From an uncultured virus (IMG/VR IMGVR_UViG_3300037423_001642) (taxonomy: Duplodnaviria > Heunggongvirae > Uroviricota > Caudoviricetes), in IMG/VR virus record IMGVR_UViG_3300037423_001642, positions 56,914-76,913 of that record: a stretch of 20,000 nt of DNA, one strand, 5' to 3'. The translations under genes and the position numbers were made by a program. Below the pieces are notes generated by a model. The model ran no database searches, had not been told where the DNA came from, and saw only the letters and a list, made by a program, of their open reading frames with translations. Below are positions 1 to 7,416 of the stretch, piece by piece (positions within the stretch are counted from its first letter, which is position 1; the number at the start of each line of letters is the position of its first letter).

Positions 1-362
1 AGCCCAAATTTTTCGGCAAAGTGTTCCAATCGTTCCTTCATTGATTCCGGAGTAAAGCCATTGTCATGAACGCCTTGCAGTAGCTTCAAAACATCCACTG
101 AAACGTTTGCAAACAGAGCTTGCCAGTCGGAGTCAGCAACGATAGCAGCGCCTACAGAGGCGAAGCGAACTTGATTCGTCACCAGTTCATCGGGAACACA
201 ATGGCCAATAGCGCATTTCATATCGCCGTTGCTACGATATGAACACGTCGTCCGGTCCCGGTTCGGATTGAATTGCATAGCCCGGTGAAAGCCTTGTGCA
301 GCCAAACCACGATAGGCAACGTCGAAAACTTCCTGTAGGGATTCATATGGTCTAATGTTCAT
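1..362 (-). CDS. Hypothetical early protein, 'KCAIGHCVPDE' paralog family (3' end truncated by window)
   Basis: Translated by hand (not in ORF track): MNIRPYESLQEVFDVAYRGLAAQGFHRAM...CSYRSNGDMKCAIGHCVPDEL...WQALFANV...LQGVHD...FAEKFGL. ATGA overlap with the stop of 359-808. Confidence 0.9.
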   Translation of the reverse strand, partial: MNIRPYESLQEVFDVAYRGLAAQGFHRAMQFNPNRDRTTCSYRSNGDMKCAIGHCVPDELVTNQVRFASVGAAIVADSDWQALFANVSVDVLKLLQGVHDNGFTPESMKERLEHFAEKFG

Positions 363-808
363 GGAGTCGACTCCAGTTCAGGAGTGGTCAGAGAACCATT
401 CTCTTCCGGAATGGTCAGACCACGTTCAGCGGCGAAATTTCGCATGGCAGCTTCCACATCGAAAGTTTCTTTTTCATGGCCATAATACTTGTCATGGCAG
501 TTCTGCAAATCTCGCAACTGATTCAAATCGACGTTAGCGAACAGTTCCCGCCATCGTGGTTCCTCAAAGAACACACTTATAATCGCACCAACAACAAATC
601 CCCCATTATCACCATGGATAATCAGTTCATCGGGGACACAGTGACCGATGGCACATTTCTTGCCATCCTTGTTCAGATACTCACAACCCAACCCATCTTG
701 CGATGTGGCCCGTTCCCAATTCTGGCTTTTCATACCAAGCCAAGCCTTGTCGAAAACTTCCTGCAAATTTTTGTAAGGAACAATTTCAGTTTCGGTGTTC
801 ATTTTCAT
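359..808 (-). CDS. Hypothetical early protein, 'KCAIGHCVPDE' paralog family
   Basis: PYKNLQEVFDKAWLG...CEY...KCAIGHCVPDEL...LQNCHD...FAAERGLTIP, shared with 1-362 and 5174-5671. GAAGGG upstream. Confidence 0.9.
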   Translation of the reverse strand: MKMNTETEIVPYKNLQEVFDKAWLGMKSQNWERATSQDGLGCEYLNKDGKKCAIGHCVPDELIIHGDNGGFVVGAIISVFFEEPRWRELFANVDLNQLRDLQNCHDKYYGHEKETFDVEAAMRNFAAERGLTIPEENGSLTTPELESTP

Positions 809-1031
809 TTCCCTTCGGAATTTCCCATGTAGTTTCTGAATTCCCTTTCGGGAAACAATCGAGCAACACCCAAGCGTTGTAATGTCCGTCTAGGGAAGCC
901 CTTTGAGTCAGTCGGATTGCATCCATAGCTTTGGTGCAAGATGATAGATCATTGAATTCGGCAGTTAGAGCCGGTGAACCAGCACCGCCATCAGCATGAG
1001 AGAACAACAGAAAGATGAGAACAAATTTCAT
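786..1031 (-). CDS. Small protein with hydrophobic N-terminus and two Cys (F-x5-C...C)
   Basis: MKFVLIFLLFSHA...AEFNDLSSC...LDCFPK. ATGA coupling to the upstream gene. Confidence 0.7.
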   Translation of the reverse strand: MKFVLIFLLFSHADGGAGSPALTAEFNDLSSCTKAMDAIRLTQRASLDGHYNAWVLLDCFPKGNSETTWEIPKGNENEHRN

Positions 1032-1489
1032 TCTTTATCGATCTTCGAATCGATCTTCGAATCGATCTTATAGAATGGTGTTCCCGGCCCGCCTTCGATC
1101 ATCGCTTCAAGCAGAGTGCCGATTTCATGGGGTTTGATTGTCGAATCATCATTCAGAGCAGCGAGTGAAGAATAGTTTTCACCATTCCACAAAATCGAAC
1201 CATTATAGTTGGTTCCATCATTTTCGAACATGCCGAGAGAGTCAGCGACATCCATTGGCAGGACCAGCCTTTCCTCCCCATAGTACCAATTGCCGTGTCT
1301 GTTTGTGGCTTCCACACCCAGAGCATCACACATATGCCCAAGGCAACAGCGACCGCCAACGGCATTTCTAAGCTTACCCTTGGCTTTTCTAAGCTCCGGA
1401 TTTTTCAGATAGTCGATGACTTTCCGGCGATTCGCCATGATTTCATCATCAGAATGAGCCTTGCCAACCTCAAATTCATCAGTTGCCAT
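1028..1489 (-). CDS. Hypothetical early protein, 'CCLG...LND' family
   Basis: GKLRNAVGGRCCLGHMCD...LAALNDD, resembling 7413-7727. The ORF extends to 1540, but the ATG at 1489 follows AAAAGG and is the likelier start. Confidence 0.8.
   Translation of the reverse strand: MATDEFEVGKAHSDDEIMANRRKVIDYLKNPELRKAKGKLRNAVGGRCCLGHMCDALGVEATNRHGNWYYGEERLVLPMDVADSLGMFENDGTNYNGSILWNGENYSSLAALNDDSTIKPHEIGTLLEAMIEGGPGTPFYKIDSKIDSKIDKE
1037..1069. repeat. 12-bp tandem repeat (ATCGATCTTCGA x2.75) encoding KIDSKIDSKID
   Basis: Read directly at 1037-1048, 1049-1060 and 1061-1069. Confidence 0.95.
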
Positions 1490-1632
1490 TTTCAAAATGC
1501 CTTTTGCAAACTTATTGCGTGAAACTATGATTCCATGCAAAGATTCGTCATTGGACTAGGCGTCGAATGATGGATTCTTGCATGATAGGTGTGAAAGTTG
1601 AAGTTTCTGTGCGAACTTTCGAATTTCCGAAC

Positions 1633-1662
1633 TTTCTATAGGATGACAATGAGAATGTCAAG
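1633..1662 (-). promoter_or_regulatory. Putative sigma70-type early promoter
   Basis: Minus strand cTTGACAttctcattgtcatccTATAGAaag in an intergenic gap. The -35 is perfect; the -10 and spacing are imperfect. Confidence 0.6.
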
Positions 1663-1706
1663 AGGGAAACCACCATAGAATCGAATCTATCGAGGATTCC
1701 CGTTGG

Positions 1707-2108
1707 TCACTCGCTTGATATGATTCCCTCAGAATACTTTGCATCCGGATAGAATGTATATGAATAACATCCTTCGGCATTGAAGGTCATAAACAGTGTT
1801 TTGCCAGTATATGGAACCTTATCTGTGCCAGTATATTTGTACAAATCAATGGCCGAGAAAGTATAATCGTGCCCATCGCTTAGATAACGACCTTGTAGAA
1901 GCATCAGTTCCGGTTTGGTCAAGCTTCTAATATAATGAAAATCGGGGTTATTGGCGATCTTTATGCGCAGTTCATCCGATTTGGTACAGGCAGCATCTTG
2001 GGCAACAGTGGTTTGACTCATTGCTCGGGCAGATAGTGTCATGAAAAGAAGGACGAGGAATGCGAGAAAAAGTGTAATGATTACAATGGCTTTGCCAGAT
2101 CGAGACAT
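1707..2108 (-). CDS. Putative exported/periplasmic protein with signal peptide
   Basis: From ATG 2108 (AAGGT upstream): MSRSGKAIVIITLFLAFLVLLFMTLSARA, then a mature part with two Cys. The ORF track start at 2195 is less likely. Confidence 0.75.
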   Translation of the reverse strand: MSRSGKAIVIITLFLAFLVLLFMTLSARAMSQTTVAQDAACTKSDELRIKIANNPDFHYIRSLTKPELMLLQGRYLSDGHDYTFSAIDLYKYTGTDKVPYTGKTLFMTFNAEGCYSYTFYPDAKYSEGIISSE

Positions 2109-2227
2109 GAGAAACCTTGGTTGGTTAATGTGATTATGATGATTGTCCAGAGCGCCATCAGCACAATGAATGCGATTTTGCGGCGAATAGACCATGGTCG
2201 AGAATACGACATATTATTGTGATTCAT
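2081..2227 (-). CDS. Small single-pass membrane protein (48 aa)
   Basis: Translated by hand: MNHNNMSYSRPWSIRRKIAFIVLMALWTIIIITLTNQGFSCLDLAKPL (basic residues then a TM helix). Confidence 0.5.
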   Translation of the reverse strand: MNHNNMSYSRPWSIRRKIAFIVLMALWTIIIITLTNQGFSCLDLAKPL

Positions 2228-2331
2228 TGAGTTTATTCGTGGATTATTGCAAGGAAATCTTTGTTAATGCAAAAATGTTCCATTGAACAGACTCCTTGTT
2301 TTCGGGCATTTCGGAAAAATACCACGTAAAT

Positions 2332-2385
2332 ATAACCATCCGGTTATTATATAACTACCCGGTTATTATATAACTCTATAGTTAT
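2332..2385. repeat. Array of three ATAAC-N6-GTTAT palindromes, 19-bp period (operator-like)
   Basis: ATAACcatccgGTTAT-tat-ATAACtacccgGTTAT-tat-ATAACtctataGTTAT. Includes the exact 17-bp direct repeat CCGGTTATTATATAACT at 2340 and 2359. Confidence 0.9.
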
Positions 2386-2612
2386 GGATCGACGGTATAG
2401 GCAGCACACCGCAGTTCTGTTTGTATATCTTCCACGATATACCGTTCCATCATCGGTTTCATGTGACCCAATTCCGTCAAGCATTCTTTTTCCGTATCGA
2501 AATACATTCTTTCCGAGATAACGGACGTGCCCACAGAAGTGCCCATGGAAGTACCCGGAGTCCCTGTATAGATTGTAGCTATCAGAATAAAAATTGTAGA
2601 TGGAACCATCAT
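2382..2612 (-). CDS. Small protein with hydrophobic N-terminus and two Cys (F-x5-C...C)
   Basis: TIFILIATIY...YFDTEKEC...ELRCAAY, same architecture as 786-1031. Confidence 0.7.
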   Translation of the reverse strand: MMVPSTIFILIATIYTGTPGTSMGTSVGTSVISERMYFDTEKECLTELGHMKPMMERYIVEDIQTELRCAAYTVDP

Positions 2613-2617
2613 TTTGC

Positions 2618-3094
2618 CTATAGTTTTCCGTATTCGATTGGAGGCAGTTTTTCTATTTCTTCGTCGCTGAATTCGGATAGACCGGTGGACATATTTGTCC
2701 CGGTGGACATATCTTTCTCAATTTCTCCGAAAATTCTTCGAATTTCTTTAATGGAAAAGTACTTCCCTATCTGGTGTTCCTTTATTCCAAAACCTTTATA
2801 GTATTCGATTTCATCGGGAGTTAATTCTGGAAAAGGTTCACAGTAATTTTCCGGATCGAATTCCTTGCACCATTCACCATGAGCCTTAAATTCTTCGACT
2901 GTCGGTGGATGGCTTAGATAAGGTTCAACTGGTTTCAGGAGGTTAAAGTAACTCAAATCAAGGCATCCATCGGAACCGATTATCCAAGCACTTTGGACTC
3001 CATCAGACCATGTTCGAATTTCAATGATTTGGCGTGAGCCATCATTTTTTGTTTCAGCCCACCAGTAACCATTCTTTATTGTATTATTTTGCAT
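2618..3094 (-). CDS. Hypothetical protein (acidic C-terminal half)
   Basis: 158-aa ORF packed in the minus-strand run; N-terminal GYWWA motif. Confidence 0.75.
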   Translation of the reverse strand: MQNNTIKNGYWWAETKNDGSRQIIEIRTWSDGVQSAWIIGSDGCLDLSYFNLLKPVEPYLSHPPTVEEFKAHGEWCKEFDPENYCEPFPELTPDEIEYYKGFGIKEHQIGKYFSIKEIRRIFGEIEKDMSTGTNMSTGLSEFSDEEIEKLPPIEYGKL

Positions 3095-3272
3095 TCAATT
3101 CCCTTTCTAATTGTTCACCAGTCATACACCGCATATTTCGAGGATCATCGAGGCATGAAGGAACGCCAGACGGGACGCCATACGTTGTACATGAAGATAA
3201 CATAATCATCACGACTACCCATAAAGTTGGGGATGCGAAGCATCCTTTTCCCATTCCCATTACTTTTCCCAT
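3084..3272 (-). CDS. Putative small lipoprotein
   Basis: Hydrophobic LWVVVMIM followed by lipobox LSSC. TAATG coupling. Confidence 0.65.
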   Translation of the reverse strand: MGKVMGMGKGCFASPTLWVVVMIMLSSCTTYGVPSGVPSCLDDPRNMRCMTGEQLERELNAK

Positions 3273-3673
3273 TACTTTGTGTCCGAACTACTATCTTTGA
3301 CATGAAGAAATGGCGGTATGTTTCTTCTATTGGTTTTCAGGTGTTCCAAGAGTTTTTCTTTTTTCTCCAATTCATCCTTAACCCATTGTTCGGCCAATTC
3401 TTCGGACTCAAAAAACATTGGTCTATATGATGAGTTTGATTCCATCACGATTGACCAATAATAGCTAATCCGCTCATATCCCCGCATTGAATACCGTTCG
3501 AGTCCCCATCCCAATTCAGCACCGCCATTCTGTGCCGTTGGATAGATTCGATAGGTTCCAAGTGGAAACTCTGCTTTCGGACGATTTTCGGGGTTTTGTT
3601 GTTGTTCAGGAACCGGGATTGGTTCCCTTTGTGGTTTATATGGAGTGCCAAATAAAAATTCTAATATCGACAT
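3272..3673 (-). CDS. Hypothetical protein
   Basis: 133-aa ORF abutting its neighbours on both sides. Confidence 0.8.
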   Translation of the reverse strand: MSILEFLFGTPYKPQREPIPVPEQQQNPENRPKAEFPLGTYRIYPTAQNGGAELGWGLERYSMRGYERISYYWSIVMESNSSYRPMFFESEELAEQWVKDELEKKEKLLEHLKTNRRNIPPFLHVKDSSSDTK

Positions 3674-3880
3674 CTATTTTCTCGTTGATTTTTGTATTTC
3701 TGATTTGATCATTTCGAATATGAAGTAAAAGAAAATTACTGGCCATATCAGAGACAATAGGATTGCATTTCTTTTCTCTGATGCCGACCGGTGAGGCGAG
3801 AATATACTTCCAAGAGAAAGCAGGAAATACACGGGTACGGCACCCATCGCCCAAAGGATTATGATTATGAAAATACTCAT
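3674..3880 (-). CDS. Small membrane protein (2 TM)
   Basis: Two hydrophobic segments, LIWPV motif. Confidence 0.75.
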   Translation of the reverse strand: MSIFIIIILWAMGAVPVYFLLSLGSIFSPHRSASEKRNAILLSLIWPVIFFYFIFEMIKSEIQKSTRK

Positions 3881-3893
3881 TCGAAGTTTATTC

Positions 3894-4076
3894 CTATTCT
3901 TTCAGGCTACGTTGGATATCTCTAAGGACGCCCAAGAGTTCGAACCACATGGCCCACATTCCCGTGTAGATAGCCGTTTCCATATTGCCGTGATAGGCCG
4001 ATATCAGGGACGACACCGCCAAGAGGGCAACAAAAATTGCCGTGATCAGTTTAAAGATTTTGACAGTATTACTCAT
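3894..4076 (-). CDS. Small membrane protein (2 TM)
   Basis: Hydrophobic segments; AGGTG upstream. Confidence 0.75.
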   Translation of the reverse strand: MSNTVKIFKLITAIFVALLAVSSLISAYHGNMETAIYTGMWAMWFELLGVLRDIQRSLKE

Positions 4077-4077
4077 T

Positions 4078-4284
4078 TCACCTACTGTATTCTTCCAATG
4101 ATTTGTTGATCATATTTCTCATTCGGATTAATTCGACGCACACATTTTGTGGACCATTCAATGCGCCAGTTCCGCAACCATCTGCCATATACTTTGTGAT
4201 GGCTTCAATGGACTTTAGATGCATACGAATCAAATAATCGCAATGCGTTGGCGGTATTGCTTTTCTCTCAGTCATCGTCACCAT
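4078..4284 (-). CDS. Hypothetical protein
   Basis: 68-aa ORF fitting the operon packing. Confidence 0.65.
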   Translation of the reverse strand: MVTMTERKAIPPTHCDYLIRMHLKSIEAITKYMADGCGTGALNGPQNVCVELIRMRNMINKSLEEYSR

Positions 4285-4630
4285 CGTTTTCCGAATCGTC
4301 TATTGTTTCTAATGTATATGTGTATCGATGGCACACATAGTTCATCGCTTTGTAACGGGCGATGTGATCACCGATTCCCGCCTGTGGACTCCAGTCGGTT
4401 TCAGGGATCACCACGGGACCAGATGTTGGAATGCCGTTCGGTGCAAGGCAAAGCCACACATAGGAATATGCTGGCAGCTTGTTCCGATTGGCCTTGCGGT
4501 ATCTCTTGTTTTTGTTTTCGATATTCCGAGCCTTGTTGATATAGAAATCAGGATCATCGAACTTACAAGGTTCACCATTCTCTGTATCGCAAGAACAATT
4601 CGGCCATATGCAGTTTCCGAGATTACCCAT
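4268..4630 (-). CDS. Hypothetical protein with Cys-rich N-terminus
   Basis: CIWPNCSC...C at the N-terminus. TAATG coupling at 4630. Confidence 0.7.
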   Translation of the reverse strand: MGNLGNCIWPNCSCDTENGEPCKFDDPDFYINKARNIENKNKRYRKANRNKLPAYSYVWLCLAPNGIPTSGPVVIPETDWSPQAGIGDHIARYKAMNYVCHRYTYTLETIDDSENDGDDD

Positions 4631-4797
4631 TAATATATTCTTCCGATCTTGAAAGCATACAGACTTTTCCGACCGCCCGAAAAATAAACGGTCTTGTCGC
4701 CATTATCCTTAGTGTTGATGGCCCTTTGAATAAATGGAATAAATGGTTGCACTTTAATGTATTCAGTCGTTAGTTTGCCAGTATATCGAATTTGCAC
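4630..4797 (-). CDS. 55-aa protein, tandem paralog B (IPFI...NGDK...LY..KIGR)
   Basis: Translated by hand from GTG 4797: MQIRYTGKLTTEYIKVQPFIPFIQRAINTKDNGDKTVYFSGGRKSLYAFKIGRIY. Stop overlaps the next ATG. Confidence 0.7.
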   Translation of the reverse strand: MQIRYTGKLTTEYIKVQPFIPFIQRAINTKDNGDKTVYFSGGRKSLYAFKIGRIY

Positions 4798-4930
4798 TTA
4801 ACTGTCTGCCGATCTTAGCATCATATAGTTTGAAAAGACGAGGCGTGAGAACGTGTTTTTCGCCATTCTTCAAAGTATAGATCGATTTTTCAATGAATGG
4901 AATATATCTTGGGTCTTTAATCTTGGACAT
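4763..4930 (-). CDS. 55-aa protein, tandem paralog A (IPFI...NGEK...LY..KIGR)
   Basis: Translated by hand: MSKIKDPRYIPFIEKSIYTLKNGEKHVLTPRLFKLYDAKIGRQLSANSIYWQTND. Confidence 0.7.
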   Translation of the reverse strand: MSKIKDPRYIPFIEKSIYTLKNGEKHVLTPRLFKLYDAKIGRQLSANSIYWQTND

Positions 4931-4992
4931 TGGTTCAGATATGACATGTTACGGGCGATAATGCGTCAGATATGATGAGTTTCACCCGAGTT

Positions 4993-5187
4993 TCACCATG
5001 TGTCGTCATACTCCGTTCCCGGCTTCACCAAGAACGTTCCGCAGACCATGCATTTCGCCACCATTTCGGACCCATAGGTTCCCTTCTGCCAATCGGCTTC
5101 TTCGATTTCGAGCTTGGATTCGCAACGGGAACATGTCATCAGAATTGGCTTGGCAAGAGACTTTGTGCCACGTTCAAGCAGTTTCAT
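4993..5187 (-). CDS. Small zinc-ribbon protein
   Basis: CSRC...CMVC pairs. Confidence 0.75.
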   Translation of the reverse strand: MKLLERGTKSLAKPILMTCSRCESKLEIEEADWQKGTYGSEMVAKCMVCGTFLVKPGTEYDDTW

Positions 5188-5671
5188 TTTTCACGTCTGG
5201 AATAGTTAGATTGAACCACTTGGCGAATAACTCCAAATTTTCACGCATTTTTTCCGGTGAATCTTCTCTAAGAAAAACCGCCGTGTCATGACAATGCTGC
5301 AATTGTCGCAATGCTGAACGTGAAATATTTTCGAATAATTTCGTCCATCGAGGATCGCCAGTAAACCGAGCAACATCAGTGTCCAACATCACGAGCAATG
5401 TCTTACTGTTGTTTGCATCATTCACAAATTCGTCCGGTACACAGTGGCCAATGGCACATTTGCGATTGTTTACCTTGTCACGATACAGGCAGGAATTGGA
5501 TGTAGTTGCCGAGCTACCATAGGAGCGAAGAAAACCTTGGCTGGCGAGCCCGATATAGGCTTTGTTGAAAACTTCCTGTAGATTTTCATATGGGACAATG
5601 TAGTCCAATTCCTTGAGGTATTTCGGACCAATATTGTGCAGTACAAATTCAATTTCAGTTTCACTTACCAT
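5174..5671 (-). CDS. Hypothetical early protein, 'KCAIGHCVPDE' paralog family
   Basis: PYENLQEVFNKAYIGLASQGF...CLYR...KCAIGHCVPDEF...LQHCHD...FAKWFNLTIP. Confidence 0.9.
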   Translation of the reverse strand: MVSETEIEFVLHNIGPKYLKELDYIVPYENLQEVFNKAYIGLASQGFLRSYGSSATTSNSCLYRDKVNNRKCAIGHCVPDEFVNDANNSKTLLVMLDTDVARFTGDPRWTKLFENISRSALRQLQHCHDTAVFLREDSPEKMRENLELFAKWFNLTIPDVKNETA

Positions 5672-5988
5672 CTTGCTTTTGCCTTTGCGTCTAATTCTTT
5701 TAATTGTTCTTGTTCTGAAACATCTATCAATTTGTCGCCAAGCACAAAGGAGACAAAGAAAAGACCCAGAACAATCGGGATCAGCCCGAGAATGATTGGA
5801 TGTTCGATCAAATATGGATAGCCGGTATCCAGTAAAAACATGATACTATGCCAAGACAATAGGCTGACAAATGCCAAAGAAAGCACCATCAAAGCCAGAG
5901 CGAAGATCGTCAATGCAATGAAGATGAGCCCGAGAGAGATGCGATTGACTACAGCGTCAAAGGATAGGTTCTTGTTTTTATATTGCAT
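5665..5988 (-). CDS. Membrane protein (2-3 TM)
   Basis: Long hydrophobic stretches. Confidence 0.75.
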   Translation of the reverse strand: MQYKNKNLSFDAVVNRISLGLIFIALTIFALALMVLSLAFVSLLSWHSIMFLLDTGYPYLIEHPIILGLIPIVLGLFFVSFVLGDKLIDVSEQEQLKELDAKAKARW

Positions 5989-5997
5989 TTCTTGCTT

Positions 5998-6303
5998 TCA
6001 ATGGGTTTCGGGTTCATCGCCATCATCGTAATGGATTTTGCCATAATCAGCCGGAATCGAACGCTTGACGGCTTCATTGATAATCCTATCAATATCGAAA
6101 TGCATTTCTGAAAAGTCTGAATTTCGAGCTTCTTTCCGCTCTTCTTCCAAGCGTTCATCCGTCAATGGAACATAATACAATTCACCCGGATAGAACCATG
6201 GCCGTTTGAATTCTTGTTCTGGTGAGTCAAAAGACGTTAGTCGCTGGATGTATGGGGACAATCCATTGTCCGAAGGCCGTTCAATAGCCTCTCTTTGCCA
6301 CAC
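5998..6303 (-). CDS. Hypothetical protein
   Basis: 101-aa ORF, GTG start, fills a gap in the gene run. Confidence 0.65.
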   Translation of the reverse strand: MWQREAIERPSDNGLSPYIQRLTSFDSPEQEFKRPWFYPGELYYVPLTDERLEEERKEARNSDFSEMHFDIDRIINEAVKRSIPADYGKIHYDDGDEPETH

Positions 6304-6497
6304 AGAAGGCCGCAGGAGACGTTTCCGAGTTGGTAGGACAGCACCAGCACCCAGAGCCCTAAAATGCCTCCAATTACCGCTATTCCTATCGTTGGAATAA
6401 GCAGGAGCAATGCCGTCACAACAGCACCCGCCGCAATGATGAGCAATCCAAGTCCGAGCCGAATGAAGAAAGCCAGATTGATTTCTGGTAAGTTCAT
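6237..6497 (-). CDS. Membrane protein (2 TM)
   Basis: Very hydrophobic residues 8-54. ATGA coupling. Confidence 0.7.
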   Translation of the reverse strand: MNLPEINLAFFIRLGLGLLIIAAGAVVTALLLLIPTIGIAVIGGILGLWVLVLSYQLGNVSCGLLCGKERLLNGLRTMDCPHTSSD

Positions 6498-6619
6498 TGT
6501 CGCAATTTCACCCGTTTTTCGTCTCTTCGTTGCGCTTCCATTTCCTTATGAAAACGACGCTTTTCCAGATAAGCCAGCCCTACGATGATAGCGCCCGTTA
6601 TGCCCACGAACCAAGCCAT
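6494..6619 (-). CDS. Small membrane-anchored protein (41 aa)
   Basis: Translated by hand: MAWFVGITGAIIVGLAYLEKRRFHKEMEAQRRDEKRVKLRQ. Coupled by TGATG upstream and ATGA downstream. Confidence 0.75.
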   Translation of the reverse strand: MAWFVGITGAIIVGLAYLEKRRFHKEMEAQRRDEKRVKLRQ

Positions 6620-6837
6620 CAGTGTTTCGTTTCGTGTATGTGTGCCGGATAATCGAGCGGCGCATTGCGCTCAATCAATCTCTGTTCGATTTCCTTCGCC
6701 ATTGCCGCACAGCGTTCGACATAGGCGTTTGTTCGCATGACATAGATTGCATGATCAATTTCGGCCCGTTTCTTGCCGAAATAGGAACCCGCCGCAAAGC
6801 CGATTGAACAACCTACACAAAGAAAGAGAAAGCTCAT
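6619..6837 (-). CDS. Small membrane-anchored protein
   Basis: N-terminal TM segment, AAGGAG SD, ATGA coupling. Confidence 0.8.
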   Translation of the reverse strand: MSFLFLCVGCSIGFAAGSYFGKKRAEIDHAIYVMRTNAYVERCAAMAKEIEQRLIERNAPLDYPAHIHETKH

Positions 6838-7151
6838 TTCGACTCCTTTTTGGGTTTACTGGAATAATCGATTTTCAATTCGCTTGCGCCCATGGCGTCA
6901 AGTGTTGCATTGATATCGAGGATTCGTTCCTTGGTGATGTACAATTTTCCGGTCTTTTCAGCATGTTCCCGCCGATAGTACTCAATCAGACAAATTTCCT
7001 TCGATGGCCAAGGCCCATTGAACAAACCAATGCCGTTGTCGAAATACCAATCGCCCGACTCCGTTCCCCGGATCATGAGGATTTCGGTGTGCACGGCAGG
7101 CAGTTCGATTGCCTCGATTTCGCCTTCGTCATTCATCCGATGTGCCATCAC
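6834..7151 (-). CDS. Hypothetical protein
   Basis: 105-aa ORF, AGGGG upstream. Confidence 0.75.
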   Translation of the reverse strand: MMAHRMNDEGEIEAIELPAVHTEILMIRGTESGDWYFDNGIGLFNGPWPSKEICLIEYYRREHAEKTGKLYITKERILDINATLDAMGASELKIDYSSKPKKESK

Positions 7152-7161
7152 ATTTTAGCCC

Positions 7162-7416
7162 CTATTCGTGCGGAAATCCATCGTTGTAATTCTTTTCGGA
7201 TTTGATCGCAGACGGCAGCGGCCTTGCCCACCAGCGGGAGTCGATCACCTTGACGGCACCGGTTATGAACAGAGCAAAAAACCCAAGCAGCGCACCCAGA
7301 ATGATGACCAGAACAGCGGAACCATATGTCGCCGGTTTGGTCCAATGCCAGATTGACCAAATGCCAGCCACGGCATGGGCAGCGAACAAGAGAATGTAAG
7401 GACCAATTCCGATCAT
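7162..7416 (-). CDS. Membrane protein (2 TM)
   Basis: Two TM segments. The ATG at 7416 overlaps the upstream stop (ATGA). Confidence 0.7.
   Translation of the reverse strand: MIGIGPYILLFAAHAVAGIWSIWHWTKPATYGSAVLVIILGALLGFFALFITGAVKVIDSRWWARPLPSAIKSEKNYNDGFPHE

Noticed and set aside
1547..1636. 11-codon leader ORF (MQESIIRRLVQ) and CGAACTTTC repeats
   Set aside because: No SD, and the short repeats give no convincing structure; the evidence is insufficient.
2332..2385. CRISPR mini-array or loxP-like site
   Set aside because: The 19-bp period leaves no spacers. loxP shares only the terminal ATAAC/GTTAT and has a 34-bp structure; no recombinase is in the window.
7148..7360. Alternative minus-frame ORF
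   Set aside because: It overlaps the more plausible 2-TM ORF 7162-7416, which is coupled to its upstream gene.
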